Part shown: positions 10,462 to 19,987 of the stretch, in pieces
Position numbering within the stretch: the first letter of the stretch is position 1
Layout of the letters: each line of letters starts with the position of its first letter
Source: an uncultured virus (IMG/VR IMGVR_UViG_3300037419_002114)
Taxonomy: Duplodnaviria > Heunggongvirae > Uroviricota > Caudoviricetes
Virus record (IMG/VR): IMGVR_UViG_3300037419_002114
Strand: one strand, 5' to 3'
DNA: 64,000 nt
Notes under the pieces: generated by a model
The model's input: only the letters and a program-made list of their open reading frames with translations
Told to the model about the DNA's origin: nothing
Database searches by the model: none
Made by a program: the position numbers and the translations under genes

Positions 10462-12179
10462 TCACCCTCCACAAGATACGGTTTTAATTGAAGTGCAAGT
10501 GCTTTAATGACGTTTGTACTAACCGCATTGCCAGCCATTTTATAAATTTGTGCATCAGAAATACCGTTAGCACGCAAAATATCAGTCACTTGATCCGGAA
10601 AGCCTTGCAGACGCATGCATTCTTTCGGAGTAAGTCTACGAATGCGATATTCGGGAGATTCCACAACATGGGTTCTTCGACCTTTGCCATAATCACCAAT
10701 ACTTGTACCCTTTGCATAATTAGCATCTATACAATGAGAGATTCCTTCTCCATCTTCGCTGAATTGTTTATTTTGAACAACCTCAAGCAACTGTTGTTCC
10801 AAATTCTGCGTTGCGGTAACCGTTCCAACTAATTCATCATCTCTCACCGCTGGAACTTTCCCTTGGAATGGGTCGTTGCCGTTCCTTCTCGCTTCTTTTC
10901 CTTCTTCGGTGCGTGCACGAGTAAGCGGATAGACTACCATTGAATCCTTTTGCACACTTGTAATGGTATTAGACAAATTATCTTCACGTACTTCAAGTTG
11001 TTGTTCTTGCCCCATATAGGAACGAGTTCGCAAAGAGCAACCTGTTTCCTCAGCAATCATATCCCAGTTATGCTTATCAGAAAGGGATTCTTTGCCACCA
11101 GTACGCACAGTCCTTGTAATGTCATTCTTTGTTGGAATCCAATTTGGAAGAAGAACGCTTGGAATGTGTCCGCCGCCAGCAGAAGTACGAATAGTTGGTG
11201 CAATATCAAATACACGTGGTTCTTCCTCGCCAAATCCACCGTAAATATTATGAACAATTTTTGGTTCTTCCACGATATGCACTCGTCTTGAACGATTTTT
11301 ATCGAGGTCAGACGGACCAATGCCTTTATGATAACTCGCATCCACGTTCGGACTTAAACCGTTGCCTTCAAAACTCATAGACGAAAGGGAATCGTCATCT
11401 GTATCGATTTGGAGCTTGTCTTTATTTAGTCGAGCGATTAAATTATCGGTTTTTTCTTTTGATAAGTAGTATTTTTCATCAACAGATGGCTCTAGCACGT
11501 CACGCAGGCGTTTATTCACGCTCTTTTGTGCAGGCCAGTCGAAGTTAAAGGTTTTCAAAATTCCTTGCTGAATATATTTCTTCTTCGCTTTCGAGATAAC
11601 GTCTGTTTTGCCTTTTTCAACAGTCCAAGGCTCATGCTCTTTAAACTCCGGGTCGTATTTGCAAACAAAAAAGACCCTCTCGCGAGATTGCGGAAGATCA
11701 AAATACTTCGAATTAAGTAAGGAAAAATCCACTAAATACCCACACTCGTTAATTGCAAACAAAATCGTTTCAAGTGTATTTCCTTTATCATGGTTAATCA
11801 GACCTTTTACGTTTTCAAGCAGAAGCATCTTCGGTTTTTTGTGACTCGCAATCCGCATAATCTCAAAGAATAATGTGCCACGTGTTTCGGTCATGCCTAA
11901 ACGCTTACCGGCCTGTGAAAATGGTTGACATGGGAAACCTGCCACGAGTAAATCGTGATCTGGAATGTCATATTCATCTACCTGTGTAATGTCACCATGC
12001 GGAGTCATCCCATGAATCAATTCATACCCTTTAGAAGCATACTTATCAATTTCACTGGCGAATACCATTTGAAGTTCTTCGCCAAATGCCATTGAAAGAC
12101 CCATTTCGAACCCACCCAACCCAGAAAAAAGAGAAGCGACCTTAATTAGTCGCTTCTTGTCGTTCATATTCTCAATCAT
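10458..12179 (-). CDS. DNA cytosine-C5 methyltransferase with very long variable region (probably multispecific)
   Basis: LFSGLGG, GFPCQPFS, ENVKG, QSRERVF, RRLTPKECMRLQGF, YKMAGNAV motifs. Confidence 0.93.
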   Translation of the reverse strand: MIENMNDKKRLIKVASLFSGLGGFEMGLSMAFGEELQMVFASEIDKYASKGYELIHGMTPHGDITQVDEYDIPDHDLLVAGFPCQPFSQAGKRLGMTETRGTLFFEIMRIASHKKPKMLLLENVKGLINHDKGNTLETILFAINECGYLVDFSLLNSKYFDLPQSRERVFFVCKYDPEFKEHEPWTVEKGKTDVISKAKKKYIQQGILKTFNFDWPAQKSVNKRLRDVLEPSVDEKYYLSKEKTDNLIARLNKDKLQIDTDDDSLSSMSFEGNGLSPNVDASYHKGIGPSDLDKNRSRRVHIVEEPKIVHNIYGGFGEEEPRVFDIAPTIRTSAGGGHIPSVLLPNWIPTKNDITRTVRTGGKESLSDKHNWDMIAEETGCSLRTRSYMGQEQQLEVREDNLSNTITSVQKDSMVVYPLTRARTEEGKEARRNGNDPFQGKVPAVRDDELVGTVTATQNLEQQLLEVVQNKQFSEDGEGISHCIDANYAKGTSIGDYGKGRRTHVVESPEYRIRRLTPKECMRLQGFPDQVTDILRANGISDAQIYKMAGNAVSTNVIKALALQLKPYLVEGE

Positions 12180-12182
12180 ATA

Positions 12183-12749
12183 TCATCTCTCCTTAAACTC
12201 ATCTAAATTTGAAGTAACTAAATGTGCAACTTTAATATTATGCATCTTCATGTGTTCAGATTGTGTTGTTAAATACAGGTTTTCAAGTCTGTTTTCATTT
12301 TTCACACCATTGATATGGTGAACAACTTCATCATCAAAAAGATAACGACCAATATATTCTTCGACAACAAGAATATGTTCAAGAACATAGTCACCACTTT
12401 TAGTAGCACGCGGATGACCGACACGCTTTTTATAGATATAGCCATCGGTGCGATCAACACGTCCGCCCTTCCAATTATCATTCTTTTCACCAATTTGATT
12501 GCGTTTAACCGCCACTCTTGGTTTGTACCCTAACAATTTCATCCTTTTATAGATAACTTTTTGAGTAGTTCCTAACATTTCAGCAACCTCTTCTTGCGTG
12601 TGGCCTAATTCATACAAACGAATCATTTCATCGTGGGAAAATATATCTCGTTGTGATTCAGACTTGCATTCCTTTGAACAAAATCGAGGATTAGGATTAT
12701 AACTTGAAAATTCATTTCCACAAGTTAGGCAATTAATAGTTTTCTTCAT
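12183..12749 (-). CDS. HNH homing endonuclease
   Basis: CxxC finger, HTH, NWKGG, EHILV..VVHHINGVKNENRLENL; start MKKTIN has GGAGG RBS. Confidence 0.85.
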   Translation of the reverse strand: MKKTINCLTCGNEFSSYNPNPRFCSKECKSESQRDIFSHDEMIRLYELGHTQEEVAEMLGTTQKVIYKRMKLLGYKPRVAVKRNQIGEKNDNWKGGRVDRTDGYIYKKRVGHPRATKSGDYVLEHILVVEEYIGRYLFDDEVVHHINGVKNENRLENLYLTTQSEHMKMHNIKVAHLVTSNLDEFKER

Positions 12750-12819
12750 AAATAACCTCCAAAGAATTATTGATACTTCAACTATTTTACAATAATCCAA
12801 TGCCAGTTAATAGAGGTAA

Positions 12820-13794
12820 TCACTCAATTCCCAATCGTCTTTTTGCAATTTCTATATAAGTAGGATTTAATTCAATTCCAATAAACTCACGATGATACTT
12901 CAATGCCACTTCACCTGTTGTTCCACTGCCAAAGAAAGGATCCATCACTAAATCGCCTTCTTTACTTCCTGCCAATAAACAAGGGGTAACCAATGTGTCC
13001 GGAAACACCGCAAAATGGGCTTCTTTATACGGTTTTGTCGCAAATGTCCACACCGTTCGTTTATTCCGAAGTCCACTCGCCATAAAACGTGCTTCATCAC
13101 GATTTACGTCCTTATAGCGACCAACTCCAACTAAATCGTGCTTTGTCTTAAAACTTTCTAACGCCCTGCGAATCGATCGATTCTTATTCGTACCATTTTT
13201 ATAATCCTTATCGCCACCAGTTTGCGTATCAAACGATTTCTGTTGAATCCGCTTCATGCTCGATTCAGCAATCGGTTCTTTTATCGCTTCATGGTCGTAA
13301 TAGTACCCCTTCGCTTTCTTCGAAAACAAAAAGATATACTCGTGGCTGCGTGTCGGTCGATCACGTACGCTTTCCGGCATCGGATTCAATTTCGACCATA
13401 CGATATCCGAACGAAGTATCCAACCATCTTCTTGAAGTGCGAAAGCAACACGCCAGGGCATTCCGACTAATTGCTTATTCTTAAAAAAGTTATCGCCCAA
13501 ATTCAGCCAAAGCGTTCCATCGTCTTTTAGAACTCGTCTAACTTCACGGAAAATAAGTACCATTTTCCCAACATACTCATCGATCGTCTTTTCATTACCA
13601 AGTTGTCCATCCACACCATAGTCCCTCAATCCCCAGTAAGGCGGTGACGTGATAACTGTTTGAATGCAATTAGAAGGCATCTTTTGAAGCACTTCTAGTA
13701 CATCACCTTGATAAATTGAATTAGGTTTTAGGATAAAGGGGTTGTCTACATAAGAATCATCCTCAATCAATTCTTCTAAGTCTTTATCATCCAT
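12820..13794 (-). CDS. Beta-class amino DNA methyltransferase (probably N4-cytosine)
   Basis: TSPPY motif IV before DPFFGSGTT motif I; HFAVFP. Confidence 0.9.
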   Translation of the reverse strand: MDDKDLEELIEDDSYVDNPFILKPNSIYQGDVLEVLQKMPSNCIQTVITSPPYWGLRDYGVDGQLGNEKTIDEYVGKMVLIFREVRRVLKDDGTLWLNLGDNFFKNKQLVGMPWRVAFALQEDGWILRSDIVWSKLNPMPESVRDRPTRSHEYIFLFSKKAKGYYYDHEAIKEPIAESSMKRIQQKSFDTQTGGDKDYKNGTNKNRSIRRALESFKTKHDLVGVGRYKDVNRDEARFMASGLRNKRTVWTFATKPYKEAHFAVFPDTLVTPCLLAGSKEGDLVMDPFFGSGTTGEVALKYHREFIGIELNPTYIEIAKRRLGIE

Positions 13795-13821
13795 TCTCTC
13801 ATCTCCTATACTTAATTACAG

Positions 13822-14232
13822 TTACACTAGCGGATACAATGGGAGAAACATCTTCTTTGTTTTCCCTCTGAAGTTCACTTTCCTTGTAATTAAAAACTTC
13901 TCACTTTCTAGTACATCAGTCAGTCGCTTTATCCGGTTCTTATGAATTCCAGTGGCAAGACAAATCTGTTCGATCGAAGGAAATGCCCACATATACACAT
14001 CTCGTTCGACTTCTCCGTTTACATACGAAAGCAAAAATAAATAAATCATCAGCGAATCTCGTGCGGTATGTCCATCGTATTTATTCCGAAGCACAGGCAT
14101 GTAATCACGGAATACTTTCGTAGGCACAACAATATATCCACCATTAGAAAGAGCGGTTTCTTTTTCGGATAATGCTCGCTTAGAAAGGTTTGTCATATCA
14201 GTTCGTATTTTCGCTTCTCTATCGTTACTCAT
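13822..14232 (-). CDS. Winged-HTH DNA-binding protein
   Basis: IYLFLLSY..WAFPSIEQICLATGIHKNRIKRL pattern typical of phage HTH/Rep N-domains. Confidence 0.65.
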   Translation of the reverse strand: MSNDREAKIRTDMTNLSKRALSEKETALSNGGYIVVPTKVFRDYMPVLRNKYDGHTARDSLMIYLFLLSYVNGEVERDVYMWAFPSIEQICLATGIHKNRIKRLTDVLESEKFLITRKVNFRGKTKKMFLPLYPLV

Positions 14233-15611
14233 TCGTCATCATCAGACCCCTATATAAAAAAATTTTCCGAGAATTTTTCGGAATGTATTCGCTTTTTTAA
14301 CGGCAAAACGAATATGTACTGCACGTTTATTAGACGTGTATTAGACGTATACCAAACGGATAAAAAACGTAATGAACACGGATATGGAACGTAGGTGATC
14401 GAAGTGAGTGCCGAGTTCAAAAAATTGCCAGGTTTATTTGGTTGCCTATCGCACGAGTTTTTTGGGGGGGCTTTGGGGGGTATGATCTGGACTCTTTCCC
14501 TCTCGTGCTTGTCCATCGTTTGGCTTGTCTTTGCGTTGTTTTGTATTGGATTGGCTTGTCTGTCGATGCTTGACCTTTCCCAATGAGTACCATATAGAAG
14601 GGTTCATGCTGCGTTTGCCTTACTCTCCCAAGGCTTTGGCGTGTGTTGTTGTGTGTGTAATGTGTAATACAGAATATGTATTCTGTCTTACTGATGCCAT
14701 ACAGACACCATATAAGCACAATAAAAACGGCATACCCTATATAAATAATTCAATAAAGGGTGTTTTTTTCTATCTTTGTTTTTAAGATATACAAACACCT
14801 TGACCATGAAAAAATAAAGGCTAATAAAGGGCATATTTTAATAGTTGCGTGCTGGTAAAATATCCAAAATAAACAATTTGGACCGAAAAAACCGAAAAGG
14901 TACGGCATCAAATCGACACCCCCCCAAATTTAAGGCCACCCTCAGCACATCCGCATGAAGGTGATAAATAGGACGTTTTCCGTTTCGCTTTCCGTTGCGT
15001 TTCGTTTCCCCTTTGGCGTGTTTCTTTATCGGTGTATATCGTTTCATTTCGTCCGCTATCGTTTCCCTTGCGTCAGCTTTCGAAAATGTAAAAAAACGTA
15101 CTCCTCTTTTTTATTTGGCGTGTGTGCTTTTTCTTTCTATATATAGCGGTATTTTTTAGGGGTACTTTTTCCCTCTATTTTCCGTGTTACATATACCGCC
15201 TTTTATTCGCCCTTTTAGTTGTCCAATTTACCGCCTTTTAGTCCTGATCCTATGCCTTTGGCGGTGTCGTTGGCGTGATGGCGGACGGCTTGGCGGTGTG
15301 CTTTTGGCTAGGCTTTCGCTTGGGTTATCGTATGGGTATCGTCCTTTTAACGTATTTGTATCGCATAGGTTTCGTCTGTATTTTCGAATGGTTTTCTACA
15401 CGATCAAAAATGTATAGTCCTTTTATCTTGGATCCTGGGCTTGGTTTTTCCCTTGTCTTTTCTATTGTTTAAAGGCGTGACTATCTTTATTCTTTTTCTT
15501 TTGTTCTTATTCTCTTTATATATTTACTGTATCGTTTTTGAGAATTAGCCAATTACTAAAAATGAGAATTAGTAGAATCTCATAAATGAGAAAATGCAAA
15601 GATGGTATAAA

Positions 15612-15646
15612 AAAAGAAGGCGGTCCAATTAGTCCGCCTTTTCTTC
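15612..15646. terminator. Intrinsic terminator (bidirectional type)
   Basis: AAGGCGG..CCGCCTT stem flanked by A and T runs. Confidence 0.7.
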
Positions 15647-15778
15647 TTGTATAGATAGTTCTTTTTCAATCTCTTTAATTGTCCGTGCTATTTCATCGAA
15701 TACTTTAAAGCCGGCGTTTTTAAGGTTAGCCAAGATTTGAAGATATTCTAAAAGGAATTGTATGCGGTTTTCATTCAT
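15629..15778 (-). CDS. Small hypothetical protein (49 aa, not in ORF track)
   Basis: AAGGAG RBS; MNENRIQFLLEYLQ...EEKAD; stop lies inside a terminator hairpin. Confidence 0.65.
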   Translation of the reverse strand: MNENRIQFLLEYLQILANLKNAGFKVFDEIARTIKEIEKELSIQEEKAD

Positions 15779-15873
15779 GAGTTCTTTCTCCTTTCGTCAT
15801 CATCGAGGGTATTTATTCCCCTTGTCTTACAGAATAGAAAAGAGGGCGTTTATTTGCCCTCTTCCTTGTTTTT

Positions 15874-16380
15874 TTATAACTCTCTAACGGTAAAGCCATA
15901 TTTACTCTTCAAATCATATTCTCGGCAGTATCCCTCTTTAAAATCTTTAAATATGTGCGTAACACTTTCGATTTGCCCATTTTGTACTACGTAGTATTTA
16001 TAGGTGTAATGATATGACCTTACAAATTCCGATATGTAATATATAATTGTTTTATTTTCGGCAAGGTGTCTGATTTTTGCGTAATGTTCAAAATGGTTGA
16101 GTTTTCCTTCTGTTGCCCCTGTGACCAATAGAAGGCGAATTTGTTTGTAAAGTGTGTCAAGGTGTTTTTTGATGGTGTCGTATTGCGTCCAATCCTTTTC
16201 GAACCAATGACGATTTGGTGTAGCCATATCTATAATTTGTAAGGTTTCGTTTTCCTCTTTAAGTAGTAATGCAATTTGTTTACCAGTAACCGACTGTATA
16301 ACGACTTCGATATAGTCGAACTCACCACGAACCTCTAAAACCTCTTTAATATATTTTCTTACTTTTGTTTTTGTTTCCAT
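15874..16380 (-). CDS. Hypothetical early protein (cassette A)
   Basis: Preceded by repeated promoter/leader unit, followed by terminator GAGGGC..GCCCTC. Confidence 0.8.
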   Translation of the reverse strand: METKTKVRKYIKEVLEVRGEFDYIEVVIQSVTGKQIALLLKEENETLQIIDMATPNRHWFEKDWTQYDTIKKHLDTLYKQIRLLLVTGATEGKLNHFEHYAKIRHLAENKTIIYYISEFVRSYHYTYKYYVVQNGQIESVTHIFKDFKEGYCREYDLKSKYGFTVREL

Positions 16381-16541
16381 TATGTATCATCTCCTTTTTA
16401 TTTGTAATTTGTTTCTATCTATATTCAGTATAATTCAAAACAGTTAGAAAGCAAGATTTTGTTTGTTTTTCTTCCCGATCATACTCGGTTTTGTGTCTTT
16501 GGACCCTTCGAAATGCAACGAAAAAGGCGTATTTCTACGCC
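16381..16541 (-). repeat. Early cassette intergenic repeat A (terminator, SigA promoter, leader, RBS)
   Basis: Near-identical to 17103-17258, 17485-17560, 18368-18445: TTGmTT-TCTAACTGTTTTG..TATACT..TAGATAGAAACAAATT..AAGGAGATGATAC. Confidence 0.9.
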
Positions 16542-16834
16542 TTGGAATCGAACAACGTGTACAATCGAACCTCGTTGAACTGTGCTAGGATTTCGTGTGC
16601 AATCTCGGTTTTTTTCGCTTGATTCATCGTTGAATTCCGCCCATTGCATCGAATCCCTTTATATATCGTGAAACGATTCATATCGACAGAGAAATAAAAC
16701 CAATAGTATCTATTTTTATTTCCTTTTAGTTGAAATTTGCCCATAACTGAAAAGGACTCGTAAGGCGTATTTATGCAAAGGTGTTGCGTATCATCAATTT
16801 CTAGGTTCTCGATATGTAAATTAGTTGTTTTCAT
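16535..16834 (-). CDS. Hypothetical early protein
   Basis: GAGG RBS before MKTTNL; ends EVRLYTLFDSKA; stop inside terminator GGCGTAGAAATACGCC. Confidence 0.75.
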   Translation of the reverse strand: MKTTNLHIENLEIDDTQHLCINTPYESFSVMGKFQLKGNKNRYYWFYFSVDMNRFTIYKGIRCNGRNSTMNQAKKTEIAHEILAQFNEVRLYTLFDSKA

Positions 16835-17102
16835 TTTCCTCAGCCTCCTTTTTTGCAACATACTCAAGGAACTCGTCTAGTATGTATTGAAATTCCTTCA
16901 TACCCGTTAAACCTTCAAAATCGCTTTCGTCCTCATCTGTGTAAGGGTTATATTCCGTTTCAAGATACCCAAAGAACCAACCGCCTTCGTCCTCTTCACT
17001 AGGTTCGTCATAGTGAAAGTTTATTGTCAATTCCTCGCCATCGTGCATTACGTTTGCAATTCCAAATTCCGAACCATCATAGTAAATATTATATAAATTC
17101 AT
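16821..17102 (-). CDS. Hypothetical highly acidic early protein (cassette B)
   Basis: Follows repeat unit B; very Asp/Glu-rich. Confidence 0.8.
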   Translation of the reverse strand: MNLYNIYYDGSEFGIANVMHDGEELTINFHYDEPSEEDEGGWFFGYLETEYNPYTDEDESDFEGLTGMKEFQYILDEFLEYVAKKEAEENENN

Positions 17103-17258
17103 AGTATCATCTCCTTTTTATTTGTAATTTGTTTCTATCTACATTCAGTATATATCAAAACAGTTAGAAATCAAGAATTTGTTTTATTCTTCTTTTTAGT
17201 CCCGATCATAAGAAACACACAACCCAAAAACAACAAAAAAGGGCGTATTTCTACGCCC
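17103..17258 (-). repeat. Early cassette intergenic repeat B
   Basis: Same leader, promoter, CCCGATCATA box and GGGCGTAGAAATACGCCC terminator as repeat A. Confidence 0.9.
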
Positions 17259-17484
17259 ATTCTTTGCCGTTTTCTTCCTCGAACAGTTCCGCCAAACCTT
17301 CCGCCAATTCCTCGATTGATTCGATGAATTGGGCTTGGTATTCTTTCGAGTTTGGAAAGGAAATTTCCGCATCGTCCGAATCCATTCGGTACACCTCCGC
17401 CTTTCCATCTAGTAGAGTCACGCGGTAACCGTAATAAAATAGTATTTCCAAATCGCACATGCTTTGTATTAAGTTTATATTCAT
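17251..17484 (-). CDS. Hypothetical acidic early protein (cassette C)
   Basis: Follows repeat unit C; stop inside terminator. Confidence 0.8.
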   Translation of the reverse strand: MNINLIQSMCDLEILFYYGYRVTLLDGKAEVYRMDSDDAEISFPNSKEYQAQFIESIEELAEGLAELFEEENGKEWA

Positions 17485-17560
17485 AGTATCATCTCCTTTT
17501 TGTAATTTGTTTCTATCTGTCTATATCTTATATCAAAATAGTTAGAAATCAAGAATTTGT
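17485..17560 (-). repeat. Early cassette intergenic repeat C
   Basis: TTGATTTCTAACTATTTTG promoter variant and AGATAGAAACAAATTAC..AAGGAGATGATACTATG leader. Confidence 0.85.
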
Positions 17561-17689
17561 TTTTAAAGAAAAAAATAGCGGGATCGAAAATCGTTTTTTC
17601 GTTTCGTCCTCGTTTTTGATTGTCGTTACTGGTTTTTTTATGGTGTGCGTGCTGCGGTGAAGGTAACGAAAAAGGACGTTTCCGCCCTT

Positions 17690-18367
17690 TTAAATCTCGC
17701 CTAGTAGTCGTCCATCTTCCGTATAATATAAATCTATTTCTAATTCCGCCAAGTGTTCCGCCCATTGGTCCGAGGTGTAATAATCCAATTCAGCCGAAAT
17801 GAAAGAATCGATTTCTTCTATATCTTTCGTGTATGCCGCGTCCATCTGATAAAGATACTTACAGAGGATTTCATTTAATAGGTCGAAATCTTCCGAACCT
17901 AGAAAATTCTCAGTCGGACACGTTACCGCCAATAGGCGAATCGATGGAAGGCGACTAGGGTCGTACTTTTCAAGGAATCTATATAGGTTTTCATACGTCA
18001 GCTTTTCGGTGTGCCTATCTTCAAAGGTAAAACTAATTTCTCGTCCTGTATCCGGATTTCCAAACACATTGAAAATTGTTAATCCTAGGATTTCCTCAAC
18101 GTCCGAAAGGAATTCATCGAAGCCGTGCTTTTTATAAAAGTCGTCGTAAATTTCCAATTCATCAATTGAGGTCACACGTCCCAAATCGTCCCAATAAATA
18201 TCGACAAAGCCAAAGTGTATGTCGTCTAAGCAATTAAAGATGTCGTCTTTAATATGGTCAATCTCGCTTGAGTAATCTTTTATATATGCCTTTTTAAAGT
18301 TTTCTAGGGCTGTCTTTTTGGCATCGCCTTTTAATTCGTTATATGTATAAATATTTATTTGTTTCAT
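17690..18367 (-). CDS. Hypothetical acidic early protein (cassette D)
   Basis: MKQINIYTYNELKGDAKKTALE start, acidic, ends YYTEDGRLLGEI. Confidence 0.85.
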   Translation of the reverse strand: MKQINIYTYNELKGDAKKTALENFKKAYIKDYSSEIDHIKDDIFNCLDDIHFGFVDIYWDDLGRVTSIDELEIYDDFYKKHGFDEFLSDVEEILGLTIFNVFGNPDTGREISFTFEDRHTEKLTYENLYRFLEKYDPSRLPSIRLLAVTCPTENFLGSEDFDLLNEILCKYLYQMDAAYTKDIEEIDSFISAELDYYTSDQWAEHLAELEIDLYYTEDGRLLGEI

Positions 18368-18445
18368 AGTATCATCTCCTTTTTTAATTTGTTTCTATCT
18401 ACTAATATAGTACACCAAAACAGTTAGAAATCAAGTTTTTGTTTC
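18368..18445 (-). repeat. Early cassette intergenic repeat D
   Basis: TTGATTTCTAACTGTTTTG promoter and TAGATAGAAACAAATTAAAAAAGGAGATGATACTATG leader. Confidence 0.88.
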
Positions 18446-18857
18446 TTCTTTTCTTTGTCGAAACTCACGCCCTCAACTTTTATGATCGGGACACCTTGGG
18501 CAAAAATTAGGGCTTATTTTCCATTTTTTGGTGTATTTTTGGCTTATTTTTACCCACAAAATTGAAAAATGGGGCGTTTTTGTGAAGATTTGGACCATTT
18601 AAAAAGTAAGGTATAAATACCTTGACCGCTTTTTTTTAAGGGCAAAAAAGGGGCAAAAATAGGGGGTTCTTTTTTGTCGATGTATAGGGGTTTTATGACG
18701 AAAAAACTTTTTCTTTACTTTTTGGATCCTTCCGGTAATATAAAAAGAAAGTCCAAAAAATTGAGTCGAAAAAAGGCGAATTTCTAGGGATTTGTCTAAC
18801 CATGTCAAAAAATCGGTGTACCCGGTTTTATCTCAACATGCCCAAAATCGGACCAAA

Positions 18858-19042
18858 TGGTAAGTAACTTTAAAAGCGTAAGGAGGTGATGAAATGTAAG
18901 ACGCTTACCGTTTGGGTAGTTACTTACCAAAAAGATAGTCACTTACATTTTGTAAGTTACTAAAGGTTTGGTTAGTTACTGTCAATCTTATTAGTTACTT
19001 TTGGTTTGGTTAGTGATTTACTTTTTGTAAGTTACTTACTTT
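18858..19042. repeat. Array of about 10 degenerate GTAAGT/TAGTTACT repeats at ~18-20 bp spacing
   Basis: GTAAGTAACT, GTAAGACGCTTAC, GTAGTTACTTAC, TAGTCACTTAC, GTAAGTTACT, TTAGTTACT x2, GTAAGTTACTTACT. Confidence 0.8.
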
Positions 19043-19057
19043 CTACCCCGATCATAG

Positions 19058-19178
19058 TGATATTATCAAATTGACAACATCAAATTCTAGGGGTGTAAAT
19101 TTACACTTGATATTATTAAAATTACAATGTTATTCTTACAGTATCAAAATACAGGTTTGATATTATCAAAATAACATC
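19058..19178. repeat. Three TGATATTATYAAA boxes at exact 50-bp period
   Basis: Copies start at 19058, 19108, 19158; TGATA-T-TATCA is palindromic. Confidence 0.85.
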
Positions 19179-19530
19179 TTCATTTTACATTATTATTTTG
19201 ATAGGGTTGGGAATAAAATTGACCATTTCTGACCTTTTGGCAAAAATGAGATTTTAGGAAAAAATGCATTTTTTGAATTTGGGGGAAAAAGTAAATCTTG
19301 GTGCTGGGAGAAATCCGCCTATAATCTGCACGTTAGGAGGACCGCAAAAATCGCTTGAAAGTTGGTCGGCGAATTTTTCGAACTTCTTTTTCTTTTTTTG
19401 TTTTCGTTTCTTTTTATTTCGAATGGTTCGCTCTGGCAGCCCATTCTTTTTTTATTTCCGATCGTGATTCTCTATTGACTTCGTTGGATCTTCTCCGATA
19501 GAATAGTAGAAAACACGTTGGGAGAGCGTC

Positions 19531-19890
19531 ATGGACGACAACACGAAACCTTTACCGACTCATGGCGGTATCGTATTCGAATATAAAAAGTCATTTTTCG
19601 AAGCCATATCGAAACCAATCAACAACTATCCGAGAAGCACGCTCATTACATATCTGCACGATGACGAGCGTACATTATGCATTACTTGTGGCAAGATATT
19701 CGATTCGTACAACTTTATCATCTCGTTTAAAAAGAAAGATGGAACGTTCTACTATCAAACACGCACCTATACCGCAACCATCATTCCAGCGAAGTATAAA
19801 GCGTTAAGCAAAAAGATGATGCACGCGTATAACAAAGCATTCATCGATTTGGAAGTAAAAGAAATCCGCCTATTGCATCTATTGTTCTGA
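19531..19890 (+). CDS. Hypothetical protein with C-terminal RLLHLLF
   Basis: TTGACT..TAGAAT promoter, GGGAG RBS, terminator at 3' end. Confidence 0.8.
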   Translation: MDDNTKPLPTHGGIVFEYKKSFFEAISKPINNYPRSTLITYLHDDERTLCITCGKIFDSYNFIISFKKKDGTFYYQTRTYTATIIPAKYKALSKKMMHAYNKAFIDLEVKEIRLLHLLF

Positions 19891-19987
19891 TGCAGGGGCG
19901 GTTCTTTTTTTATGGCTGGCATTGCCTTCAGCTCCAAAAAATAAAATCAAAACTCAAAAATAAAATCGAACCCCTAAAAAAAATGGG

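Noticed and set aside
14250..15472. Several 60-100 aa ORFs in the low-complexity tract
   Set aside because: Overlapping on both strands, no RBS, and composition mirrors the DNA repeats
18881..18963. Perfect AGGAGGTG followed by ATG-TAA (18894-18899) or a 24-codon ORF
   Set aside because: Lies inside the GTAAG repeat array with no clear promoter; may be chance, so not called
16381..19205. Repeats as a CRISPR array
   Set aside because: Units are separated by whole genes or are short and degenerate; no constant repeat-spacer period and no cas operon (37494-38489 is a lone phage nuclease)
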